Shown in pieces: positions 1 to 13,600 of a stretch of DNA of 64,000 bases (its first letter is position 1; each line of letters starts with the position of its first letter). Source of the stretch: Auanema rhodensis (lineage: Eukaryota > Animalia > Nematoda); NCBI GenBank assembly GCA_964057225.1, contig OZ059900.1, forward strand, positions 6,200,001 through 6,264,000, given 5' to 3'. The translations under genes were made by a program, and so were the position numbers. The notes beneath the pieces are model-generated. The model was not told the DNA's origin. It saw only the letters and a list, made by a program, of their open reading frames with translations, and made no database searches.

Positions 1-1587
1 AAAATAGGTTGTATATAATATTCAAGTTCATCAATCAAAGCTAGCAGTAGTACGTACATACTAATGAGAAATAAAAATGTTATTAGGATAGCAAGCACGA
101 ATAGAAGTAGCGCCTGCAGCACTATTTGTCGACTACAAAAAAAATCAGTTTGAAGGGTGGAAGAACATTGGAGTGGAGAGCAAGTTTCAAACTTTATGGA
201 AATGGGAAAAATAGACATGAAGAAACAAGCAACATCTATTGTGTCATATTTCCTATCATAATTTCTGAACCATATGAATAGATCACTGTGTTTTTCTTTT
301 TTTTTGTATCTTCTTTCTCTTCTTCTTATTTTTCTCTACATTTTTTTAGCGTTCTTCGCATTTCCTCTCTTTCAACGCCTTTATTATGAGAGAAAAGACA
401 GAAAAAATAGAATGTTTATGAAGAAACAAAAAAGGTGGAACACAAACCAAGTAGAAAGAACAAATGTTGATGCGTCATAAAAGAGAGAATCCTAGGTTAT
501 TATTGTTTGAGCACATAAATATGCTCATTGATGCGGCAAATTTGAAAGTTAGAAATGTACTAAAGAATATGAAAGAATAACATTGAGCTCAGAAAAAAAG
601 TTCGAAAATGAGGAAATTATTGAGAAGAAACGAAAACATGAATGAGGAAATATTAGCAAATAAATTCCTAATGAATTTCATTCGAAAGTTGTTCGCCAAG
701 CTGATTATCTTTCAACTTGAATTAGCATTTGATTATTCCAATCCCAAGAAAGTTTTTTTCAATTCTGCGAACACAAGTCAATTGCATCATTGAATGATTT
801 TTTTTGATGAACTTCAATTTGAGGACTATATAGTAATGGCCATTAAAGCTGAAGATATATACGTTTGTTTTCGAGAATGAGGAAAAGAAACTGATGTTTC
901 ATCGTGTTATTCCTGACGTTCTGGAATTCGCTATTTATGCGTTAACTATACATATATTTTATTCAAATATATATATATATATAAGAAAATTTCTGAACTT
1001 ATATGATAAAGATGATTTGTTTTCAAATACAACTCTTCATTTATTACTCATATTCCTTAGTCTTCATTATTTCAGGTGGCATTCTATTGACCATATTACC
1101 ATAATGAGAATGTGCTTATGTAAACATACTAAGCTTAAAATCTGGCTGGAGGGCATTGAGTCATATATTTTGGACTAGACAAAAGATGCATAGCAGATAC
1201 AACTATCAGTTTTATTTCAAAACAGCTTGCTCAATACAAACTTCGTTGTATATATTTGATGTTTTGTTTATTTACGATTCTGTCACTATCATAGTTGAAC
1301 AATCCAAAAAAGAAGCTACAAAACTATCTTTTCGCGATATTTCGGATTATCGTAAATATTCAAATGATTATTTTGATAATAAAGGTTTTTGTTATGTTTT
1401 AACAGAATTATTTTTTAATTTTCTTATTTAGTTTTTCACTGTGTCTCGGCTTCACGATAATTTTCTGTTGCAGAAGAATGAATTTGAATGATGTCTAACA
1501 CAGAGCAACTGTGAACACTAGTAGGACACAGTTGGCAATAGCTAAACCAACAAGAACAAAGAAATATGAGTGGAATGTAGAACTTAC

Positions 1588-1617
1588 AACCGACACATCA
1601 CTCGATGTTCTCGTCAT
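1588..1617 (-). CDS. Possible short first coding exon (MTRTSSDVSV) of a minus-strand gene continuing beyond the left edge
   Basis: ATG at 1617, consensus donor GTAAGT at 1587, preceded by a relatively GC-richer leader with several upstream ATGs; no downstream exon identified in the window. Confidence 0.25.
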
Positions 1618-4600
1618 GTCATACGATCTTGGAAAGTTCAACTAAAACTAATGAGCTCAACATTCAGACTCATTATCTTCCTCTTCTTGAGACATTAATA
1701 AATAACAATGAAATGACCAAAAACGAAAGAGTAAATTCAAGAAGCTTGCAGTAGTTAGGTATTGGATATTGTCTTCAACTTGTTTTATTTGAAAAAAGTT
1801 CAAAACAAGAACATGAACTAGGCTGATTAAATAACAGAACAAGACAATAGTTTTAACAAAATTTTCGAGTAAAACTATTAGTTTCGTTATGTCTCAGCAA
1901 TGAGTTATAGCTATTACTCATTAGGATCTATGCACTAGTTGAATGTTTGAGCAAGCTATCGATATAAGCTCTTTAGCCTAACTAACAATCTACATTCACT
2001 TTTCAGAATATACGTCCATTTTCAATTTGAATATTTATAATTTCATGAAATGATTTACAAATTCATGAAAAGTTAGTTAGATGGCGTTAATGAATATTCA
2101 CTGAAATCTCAGCAGAATGTCATCTTCCGACATGCAAAATACCCTTTTAGTTATAATTTTCAAAAATTTTCTTCTTATTTGGGGTTATTGCTTAAAACAT
2201 ATTGTGCAGCCCGTTAAAGTGAGATAGCTTTTGGTGGCAAAAGCATTCAATGTAAATAAGTAAGCAACAATAATAGTCCAAAATGCCAAAAAAAAGCAGA
2301 AGAAGCAGAAAAAGAGGTTTCTAACAAAATATCAATATAAGAACAGAGAGGTTCAATACATATGGAGCGGGTAAGTCAAGAACTTGGCAACCATATTACA
2401 TTTCTTTCTTGTCTCAACCACTTTAAAGTGTCGCATAAAGCTGAAGTTAAGCCAATCGTTTTTCAGCGAACAAAATGGATGTGAGTTTCGAACTAGTTTA
2501 AAAAAGCAGAAAGACATAAACGTTGTCCAGCGACAAAACTAAACTCACACCGTATGGAGGAATAAAAATATCTTTCGAATAGTTGATAAAATATACAAAA
2601 TTTCCGCTAAAATAAGTAAAATAAAATTAGAATGAAAAGAAAGTCAAAACTGCAGCATAAATATAAATATGATTATAAAGTTAGTCAACAATATTTTGAA
2701 ATTAATGAGTGATTTTAACAAATTTAAGACTATTTGATTGCTCATTTCAAGAGTATATAGTGGGAAAGAATAAAAAAAATCTTGAGTGAAAGGACGGACA
2801 TATGGCCACACAATAGATCTTAAGCTTTCTATATTTCTTTTCTAAGGCAAGTTTTCAACATCGTCTCATAAACATGTCTAAAGCACTCGTTCTATGAGCT
2901 GCTGTATGGCGATATTCATGACGATTAACTCTGTCTTTTCTTTGTTTTACGTATGTATGTGGTTTGCGCTTTTGTGCGCATAAAATGAAAAGCCATTTCA
3001 ATTTGAAAAAAGAGCAGATTGAAAATTGTTCAGACGTTATTCAATGAAATGAGCGTTTTGCAATGCTACCTAGCAATTTCATTGATTTAGTTATTGAATG
3101 GGCTTGAGGAAAGTTCAAAGAAGTCATAGTTGAAATATTGAATAATTTTTTTTGCTAAGCATCAAAAACAGATAGAAGTATATACAGCAGTTCAAATCAT
3201 TTTTGTTTCTGCTATTTTTCGATTACTTTTTCATCTCCTTTTTTCAATTCCATTAGAACTTCCTCAAATTATCTCCTACTGTTTGCTTTATTTTCAATTT
3301 TTTTAACTGCTCTATAGAATATTGAGTTTCAAAATTGAGTTTTAGCTGCAAATTTGCATTAAAAAACTAAATTCAGCAAAAACAGAGCAAATACTGTACT
3401 AAAGAGAATAAAAAAACTATATATAACTACTAATTGGATTGAAGACCTGACAATAAACTAAAAGCGTGCGTAATCGAAAAGATATATTATTTCATTCAGT
3501 TTTTAATAATCAAGTTTTGAAGAAACTATTTTTGTTTTTCATTTGCCTTTCTAAAAAGAAAAAAAGTTATCAAAACGAGCTCTGCCCCGCTACTGCTTCA
3601 CAAATAATGAATTCTTCATATTACTCTCACCAACTCAGTTTTTTTTTCAGACTTCCTCTTGTTTAAAAGAAAAAAACGCGTCCGGCTGGTACACATACAC
3701 ATTGAGATTGGGTGAGAGCATAGAAGAAAAAGCAAAATGCAAATTGAGGCAAAAAAAAAAGAAGAAAAAAATACAGATAAATTGAAGAAAACGATTACCT
3801 ATAATGAAATAAGTAAACTACGTTGTTTTTGAAATAATTGAAAATGAAACGAACACTTAGAAGTAAAAATATATAAATCTTATCGCGGAATTTTTCATTA
3901 TTCGAAAAGAAACAGTCATAATAGAACAGCATGACAGAGGAAGATTGTGATATGACAATCGAATAGACAGGTATATGAAGATGTGTATCATATTTATGAT
4001 TTCCTTTTCGTACATGAAAATACTGTCTTAAACTTCCCCACGAGGATTAAGCATTATTTTGAATAAATAAATGTTTTTTTTTCAAACGAGGATGAAAGAC
4101 GGAAAGAGATTGCCAGAATGAAAGCAAAAAAAGGAGAGATAGATAGATACAACGAAGAAACAAGAGATAAAGGCAAAAAGAGTGAAATAGAAAAGATTGA
4201 ACAAGATGTGAGAAATAATATGAAAAGATATCAGAAAATATTGCGTTTATTCATTATATTTGTAGGAGAATGAGAAGCAAATAGTTGTTGATAACAAATG
4301 AGAATGAAAAATAAATTGTAGTGATACTTGAGAAAAAAAATATAAACTATATATATAGTTTATAGATATTTTAGTTAAAAGGAATAAAAATATATTGTAA
4401 TTATACTCAAACGTTAATTGCCTTTTGGGGACATGAAAGGGCATGTCTAATAAGTAGCCAAAGGAAACAGGAGTGCATTTCGATAAGAATATGAGGTAGA
4501 ATGACAGCCTGAATATATGAGAAAGATATCTATAACAGAAAAGATACAAGTGAATTATTTCTAGACATCATCGGAAACTGAACGCGGAAAAAGAGATAGA

Positions 4601-7600
4601 AAGAAGAGGAAAAAGCAGAAAGAGACAACGAAACAAAAGCAAAGAAAAGAATATAAAGTAAAAAATAATACACAGAGACAAGCACCATAAATGCTGTGTA
4701 TAAAAGGTGTTGAATGTAAGATAAAATAAATTAGAATAGTAAAATGGATCTTTACAAATGAACCTCCCAACTGATTTTTTTTATAAAAGTCTTTACTGAG
4801 ATAGACATAGAAAAATGAAAGAAATCGAAAAAACGAAGACAAAGATGATGAGGCAATTGCAATAGCTTATAATTAAGAAGAAGTAACCGTAGTACTAATT
4901 AGGAAATGATCATCGCTTTTTACGACTGAATAACAGATGAGGTTTACTTCTGAACAAAAGACGCATATTCTGTTATTATTTTTTTCAAAGAATATAAATA
5001 CATTATGAAAATTGAAAAAAAAAAGAAAGAAAGAAATGGATGAAGTATGCAAACAAAACAACAAAAAGAAATTTTGTCAGATAATAAGCAGGTGCGAACA
5101 ATCTATATCAGTATCTGCCAGCTGTCATCAGGATATTAATAATCAACATTTGAATATACTAACGTAGCATGTATTGTCAAAAAGTTATAATTCGAACATA
5201 ATATACTAATAAAATTTAGAATACAATTTGAATAGTAAAAAAAATGAAAAAAATAATGCGTTTTCAATATGAAATAATTAATTTTGGCTAATGAAACCGA
5301 AAATTGCGTTTTGAAGAAGCAGATTCTGAACAATATGATGAAAAGAACAAAATTAGATTTCTTGAAACATAAAATTGCTTCACAATGAATGTTTCAATGG
5401 CAGAAAAGCAAAAAGTTAGCAAACGGTTGGTTGAGAAGGATGAGCTGGATAATATTTTGAAAGACTTGTTGAGCAAATTTTCTTGGCATTGCTGGTTTGT
5501 TTACTGATTAGGGCCAGATGTTTCAAATGCAGTAAGAGGCAATGACCAAGTGGCCTCTCATTTCACTCTTATTCCTCTCAGCTATCTACTAGACTATTCA
5601 CTTCGTAAATTTGATCTTCATGGCAAGCAAGCTGCTGCAATTTTGGCTCAGGTAGTATAGAAAATTGAAGTAATAAAGAAAATTAAAAAATGTTTTATCG
5701 TCATAATATGGTTTAAATTTTTATTTCCATATTAAATTAAAATAGATTGACTTGGAGAGTTGTCATTACTTTTTGAACGACTAGTACGAATCAATCTTGA
5801 GACTTATTAAAAATTCCTGTCCAGTTTGACAAGATTTTCAGCCTACAACAAGAAGCCACGCTAATGTTTCCAACATGCGAGAAAGAAAAAACGAGAGGAA
5901 TTAGCAGTAAAAGTCGGTAAAAAAAAATAAATGCTACGAGCTCATAGATAAAAACGAGTAGAGCAGATTGACGTAGATGAAAAAAAATTACTAAAGTGCC
6001 TCAGTCTCTCAACAAAATTACAATAGCCAATGATGAAATCAATTAGCGATATTGTGCTGTGTAAGTAACAAGAGAGTTGAACCAACGTATTTGAGTATTG
6101 AAACATGAGAAGAAGCAGAAATGAAAACTGAAAGAAAGACAAAGAGAGCAAAGGAAGGAGATAGATATAGGGTAACAAAGTCTTAATACCAACCATGAGC
6201 ATTCATAAAGAAAGTGAAATAGATATAGATTTTGGTAACTTGTATATAGCATTTTTAACGCAGATTGGCCCGTCCGGAGCTGTCTGATGGCAGTGATGCC
6301 GTGGCTGAAATATGGCCGACGTAGCCGTATTTTCTCCTTCTCTCTTTCTCTTTGTCTCTTTTTCTCTCATTCTCTCGTATTCTTTTCATATTTTGTTTCA
6401 ACCACTATTTCTTTCTTTCGTTACCCTACTCTCGTCTTTTTTCTTTCTTGTCGGCGTTTTCCCTGTTGTCTGCTGAGAGGCGCGTTCAACCATCATGCTC
6501 ATCTCTGACCGATGTCCGAAAATCAAAGAAATGGACAGACACTGCCATACACATCTATGGAAAATATGCTTCAGATGTGTGTACGGGCGTCAGTGTATGT
6601 ATGTGTGCATACACAAATAGACATAGAAGATGCAGCTCCAAAAGAGTGTAGTAACTTTTGCATCAGCTGCAGGATGAAGAAGATGTTAGATAATCTGTCA
6701 GGATTCGCTGATGTTATTTTCTTTCATGGCTTTTAGCTAAATATGAAATGAGCAAAGCTGTTCAGATGCGCCTAATACAACCAGAGTTACAATCATATTG
6801 AGGAAGTAGAAAATATATTTTTATGTTGTAAATATAACAAAATAGTTATCAACACAGAGTAAAATGATAAAAAATACGGATTCATAGTGGGAACTCTTGT
6901 ACAAAAGCTGTTTAGCTTGTTTTGAATAATTGGATTTGAATATTCCGACTTTCCCTAAGTTGTTCTCTCATTTGACTGCAGACTCATTTTGTATTGGAAC
7001 AAAAAAAAAACTAAATTTTAGCAAAAGACTATCTCTTTCTGTCTGTCTTCTTTGAATGCTTTAGGTTTTTCAATTATTTTTTTCTTATTTTTTGAGGAGA
7101 ATTGAATGCGATGAAATATTGAGAGAGGCCATACAATATCATTTGGAATAACAAGAATTAATGATGATACATATCCTGTGTATGTGGCTGATGTTAAATG
7201 TGAAACACACACGCTCCAGTAACACGACACATATAATAGGAAAAGCTTGAAATCATTTATACAGCAGAAATTTAATTAATTCAAATGCTATGAGAAGATT
7301 TAAAATTGAATAGACGTAAATTAAAATCACGTAAGTTTTATTGAGGCTTTTTCAAGATCACCGGCTTATTTAGCAATTTCGCAGCTGTCTTAAAATCGCA
7401 ACATGGCCATATTGAAGAATTTTAGTCGTTGGTCAGTATGAAGATGAAAAGCAAGCGAAAGAATAATAAAAGAAGAGAGAGAGAGACATAGAGGAAAGAA
7501 AAAGGCTTCACATTCTTATATGAAGCTCAGAGTGGATATGAGTGATGAATGATAAATTGAATTAAAAAAATAATTCTGATATACCAGACAGGGATTACGT

Positions 7601-10600
7601 TTTCAACTTATTATTTTATTTTTCACAATAGATTATTATGTCTTCAGCATATTGTATATTGAAGCATCGTGGAAAATTATAGTAAAAGTTAAAACGAACA
7701 GAACAAACTTGTTTATTTTAGATTTCTCAAAAGAAAAAAAAAAGATTATTTTTTGTCGCATTTCTTCCCTTTTTGTCGGCATTTCATGAAGAAATGTTAA
7801 TAATTTATTGAATCTGCCTGTGAATTTTTTTTTCATCTAAATAAAACTCTGTAGATGATTTGGCAAATATGTCTCTCCCTTGCTCTTGTCTATTAAGTCT
7901 TGAAGAAAATAAATAAATATATATATAAACGGACACTGCAACGAACTGGCACGTAAATGGAATATTTCATATATGTTTTTCGTGTGTCATTTTCTGGCTA
8001 GATGGCTTAGTCAGGCATTCAAGTATCCAACTCTTCAAAATCTTTGACCACTTTGCATCAGCTCGATGTCTAGCCTAGCCGATCAAACGTGTGAATTGAG
8101 CAAAAGTTTTCCTTGAAATGCAGGCCACTGCTGTGTTGTCGTTGTTTGCAGCAACACCATCATTATCAACATACACTCCAATCGTCAGGCACAGCCATTG
8201 CAAACTAAACTCAACAACTCGTGGCACTATATTGCTTTGCGTGTGATAGCCTCAAGCAATTATGTTGCTTGACCCAATGAAAGTTGTCAAAAAAAGGTCA
8301 CGGGGGATATATTTGTAAATAATGGGCTATTTTCTTGATTACTAGACAGTTAGAAGTATGTGATCTGGTGGTAAATATTCCTCATAGAGAAATGCAATTA
8401 AAAATTCCAATAAAGTATTTGCAATGGCTGAAAGTTTTTTTTTCAAAATGATCATTAGCTATAGCATAGTTGCGATTTTCAGCTCTATTCAAAAAAAGAT
8501 TCAAAAATCAGTTTTTTTGTTTCTTATACTAGGAATTCAGTGTCAGATTCCAATAAACCTTGAAAATGACTATTTTAAACTAACAGTAAATAAAATGGAT
8601 CCAGAAAATGAGGAAGTTTAAAAAAAAGGAAACAAGATCTATTTTTGAATTTAAAAGATATAGCCGATACGATTATGGTAGTTATAATGTTATTCACGCT
8701 TCCAGCTTAAGCTAAGGTATTCATAAAGACAAATTATATATTAACATTCAGTTTTTGAAGTTCGCTTTCAAATGATTTGGGTAAATCCCTTCACATCTAT
8801 GACTGCTTCATCTTTCGCTTCTGTTTCTTAATGAAAACTTTAATGATTCACGTAAAACGGAAAAAAGGTCATGCATGAGAAAAAAGCAAAACGAACGAAT
8901 TGAAAAGTAGACAGAAAGGACATGCTCTCTCGTGATGTCCACTTGGATATGCATCAAGCTGTATATGAGCCATTTAGAGGAATAAACAGATAAGAGAAAT
9001 TATATTCATGTGTTTGTGAGGTTGAAAGTCAAATATTACTCGTAATCTCATCAAAGTTATATATTCACTTAGCTTTAAATAGATTTGTGAATTATATCCA
9101 TATTTATATATAATTTTCTCCATATGTTGCATATCTTGAAGACGTACGCTTTTTATCTCTAGCACTCTCTTGCATCATTCTGCGTTCAGCCGCTTGTCTG
9201 ACAAAAAAGATGCAACACCGTGACGGGAATTAAATGTCGCCCTTAGCGATAATTATTCATTTTGTCAAAAGAAAAAAGCAAAGATATTGAAATATCTTTT
9301 GAAACATTCATTGTATATAAAATATGAATAGACGGCTATTATAATTAATTAGTCAATGAGAAATAGTATAATAAAGGAAAGAGCTCAGATGATGGTAGAA
9401 ACAGATAGATAGTGCATGCTTTGAGAGGAAGAATGTAGTAGAAGAAAAGAGATAGTTGTAACAGAGGATGGACACTGAGAATATCAAAGTATGAAAGAGC
9501 AATAACGGATGCATATGGTGGAAATTGCTGGAAAGTTAAACATAATTACATAACGAGGCATGCTAAACACATAATGACATTGGCAAAAAAACGTGGAAGA
9601 ATGAGAATAGCTGAATGGCAATAGTTTTTTTTCTTAGCAGATTAGTAATAGAACAGTTAATATTCAATTTAACGTTTGCAAAGGTTAGTCTCTGCTGTTG
9701 AATTCTGGCAGTCTGAAGGTCTATGACTACATCACGACCCTGCTAAAGAAAGAGTAGAAACAGAAGACGACGGACTAAGGGAATGATGGAGAAAACGATA
9801 GAACGAGAGAGAGGAACAGAGCATGTGTTTCGGTTGAGCCAAGCGAAGCTGGCAACTACCAAGACAAGAAGGACAGCCGGCTTCTTAGCTTTGGCTTGAA
9901 GAAAATGAGAAATATTTTTAAAACTCGAGAGAGCTTAGAGATATGTGATGTAGCAGGCAGATTTGGGAGTGCAGCAGGCAGCTTGCTTGCCATTGGCGAA
10001 GTAAATCGCTTGCTCTTCCTCCTCCCATCCTCACCCTTTATTCCATTCTTATTCTATCTCTTTTCTCGTCTCTTCAATCACTTTGATCTCTCTTCCGTTT
10101 TCTCTCTATCCCTCTGCACATCTCAATTTTGCTTCCTCATCTTCATTCTTTTTCTCTGCTGAACTCTCTTCGTCTTCCAGTTTCAAACCAAGCTGACTAG
10201 TCCTACTCAGAATGTGATCGATTTTCCTTTGGTTGAAAGTGAGAAAGATCTGAGGGAAGGAATTGAAGAGAATGAATTGTAAGAGGAGATGAGGCAGATG
10301 TATTCGACGAAAGCACTTGCTTGCACATGTCACCTCGAAGAGACAGATAGAGACACAGATATATAATAAGAGAACAGGAGAGCAATGCAATAAAAGAGAG
10401 AGTAACAGAGCAATAGAGTAGAAGATGGATGGAAAAATCAGGCCGCGCACTGAATTCTGGATACAGCTAAATAAGTCGATAGGAATACGTAACAGAAAGA
10501 TAGTTCTTTCAACGGCACTTCGAAAGTTATATATGCATTTTTGCTAGTTGTGCATATGTGACTGCAACGTTTGCAACTTTTAAAGAAAAACTGATTTTTT

Positions 10601-13600
10601 GATTTCAATCTCAAACGTTAAACAAAAAAATAAGCATTAAACGAAAATAAGCAGCGGCAAGTAGGAGCCGTATAGAGCAAGAAAGAGACAAATGTTATCA
10701 TTTGTAAGTTGTAACTTCATATTTTCATCGGATTGCTTTCATCTTGTACGATGTACAATTTCTCTCTTTCACATTTTCCTATATCGTCTATTCTCTTCAT
10801 ATCTCACTCTTCGTATACATTCAGATTGTCTTGCTCTTGTGTTTCAGTCCCATATCAATTTTCGAAAATTGTACTTAATAAGTACTAAACAAAACAATAG
10901 AAAATTTTGATTTCTTAATATTTGATTACAACTATAGATGCTACATTCGAAAATTTTCGATATAGAAAATAAAATCAAAAATATAAAGTTATAATTCAAA
11001 AATGAAATAGACATACGATAGCAATAAAAACAGTCATGCGCAAAGCTATAAATGTAATTTTTAAGCTTGAAAATAACTTAAATTTTAATTTTCAGATGAA
11101 AATGAGAGATATAATAATATTGCTCTATTTCAATAACTATAGTTATTGAGATATAGAAAACTATTAAAGAGATGATTGGATAGAACTGCAATCAAATGAA
11201 AATACTTTTACTATACTTTTAGTTCAATATATATATATATATATGTAAGCAAAATGATAATTAGAAAAAGAGTTATAGAGATAAAAGGAAAATCGAATAT
11301 ATTTCAATTGTTTCCTTCAAATCTATCTTTCTCTTCTTGTTGTCTTGTTCTCTCTTTGTATTTCGTATTTTTCTCTTTCTCTCATACTCATTCTAACCTT
11401 TTTTCAATTTATTTCCCTGTCCTTTTATTCTATTTAACAGTTCATGATGTTTGTGTAAAACCTTTCATTTTCTTTTATTATTATTGGTTCTAGTACTCTT
11501 ATTGTCTCTACATCAAGTACGAACATAATTTCTTTCCTTTCTCGCACTCTCTCATCTTTGGTTTTGAAATAGAAGATCACAACTTTCTGCCTCTTTATAA
11601 CCCATCTTTAAAAATTTTTCTTTTACTCGTTCTCTTTGTTCAAATGTTTCATTTTTACAAGCGTTGTCTTATAAGAGCTGTCGGCTTGTCTACGATCTGT
11701 GAAGATCTGACAAGCAGCAAATTTCCTAACACTCATGGGAACACTTTACTATTGTTTTAACTATTCAGCTTCATTCATGCTCTCTCAGTCATCTCTATTA
11801 TAACTGTACTATCTAATTTTCTTCTTCTTTCTCTAGACTACTATACATATAACATGAATATATTATATAAATATATATATAGTACTGTTTTTTTCTTGAA
11901 TCCCTGTCTCTCTCTTCTGCTACTACGAATGTAACTGCCATACAACAACTTCCATATTATTATGCAAGCCGGAAGCGTAGACTAGAATGCTTACATGGCT
12001 CTTTAGTCCAGCAATGACCGGCATAGAAGTTGACACCGTCGTTGTTGTCACCATATTTCAATGCTTTTTTGATTCTCTAGCGTAATATGCTCAAAGAGCA
12101 GATAAGCATTTAGTGTCAGCTAGCGTAGTTTTTACAATTTTTGAATATGCACATTCATTCAAATCAAAAATATTGTTCCTTTTCTTTAGTTTCACTTTAA
12201 TTCTAAAACCAAAATAAAAATTTCTAGAATATTTGCCATAATACTGATTGTTACTTGATTTGAAAATAAACTAAATAGATATTGTTAACATTTGACAGGA
12301 TTAATTCTCTCACTTTGGCGGCTCTTTTTCATTCAAATACCAAAATTGGCCTTTTTTTGTGAATAAACCTGATAATGGACTATAATTCAGTTAAAAATTA
12401 AGCACACTGCCAGGAGTATTGCTTTCGTATCGTTGAAAAGGTAAGAAACTTCTGCTCAGCATATAAAATCGTAATGATATTTTTTCACGCTGAACGCAGA
12501 ACAATATATCGTTTCAAAGCTAAAACTCAAAAAGATGCGTGGGCATGATCTGAAAAATAAAGAGAATAAAGGATTAGGAAAAGACAGGAATATATTAAGA
12601 AAAAATAGAAAAGAATGCTCATTTCTTTTATGACCCTTCTACAAGCATGAGTATGACGCAAAGTTCAGAAAATAGAGAGAGAGAAGAAAAAGGGTTCATC
12701 AGAGTAGAGTAAATGTAATGATGAAAAATGGAAAATGGAAAAAGAATAGAATTTGCTTCTTAGAGATAGCTGGTTGCAATAGTCATGAGTTTGATAAAAA
12801 GAAACGATGAACAAATGGTAAAGATGTAAGTAAGGAGAAAAGAAACGAATTGCAAAATAAAGAGACCGCCAGAGACGAAGCGAAAAGAGCGAAAGAGAAA
12901 GAGGTGAAGATGATGAGCTTAAGAGAGTCGAAACGAAAAATGGAACAATTCGAGCAAACTAGTAATTGAATATTGACAAGGACCATACTTACATGTACAC
13001 ATATCTATTCGTCTAGACGACTAGTATAGTCAAAAAATTGGAAAATTAACTTTGAAAGTGAATAATTATGACCTAACAATTTAATTAGTCTAATGATGCG
13101 ACATGAAGTTGTTAGTCAGCTTGCAACTAGAAGCAAGTTCGTCAAAGCATCTGCCAACAACGAACATGGTGAGACAATGCAAAAGAGAAAGTTAAAAAAA
13201 GCTTCTTAACTTTTTTGTGTTCTTGTTTTGCTTTTTTTGCTAACATTACATACAACTCAAACAGCCACAATGACAAGTGAGTGGGATATGCGAACAGAGT
13301 CAAGTAAAAGATATAAAAATGCTCAAAGTACTTTCTCGGACTTCTTTATTTGTAGCAAAAAAAGACCACACAGTTGAAGAAATACTAAACTACAGCACAA
13401 ACAGAAACAAATGAAAAGTAGTTGTTTAGAAAACTAAAAAAAAACTAAAAAAAAGTTTTAGAAGGGAATCTGTTTCTTTTGGACTAAAATTTTTAATCTT
13501 GTATATCGCAAACTAGGGGACACACATGCAACGAAAACAAGACAAGAAAACAAATAAAAAATCTTAAGCTGTGAATATGGAAATATGGCATCAAAACTAA

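Noticed and set aside
6288-6327. TGGCAGTG miR-34-like seed in a GC island
   Set aside because: Rest does not match miR-34 and the stem is too short.
11677-11718. Short hairpin GCTTGTC...GACAAGC
   Set aside because: About 40 nt, too short for a pre-miRNA, no other support.
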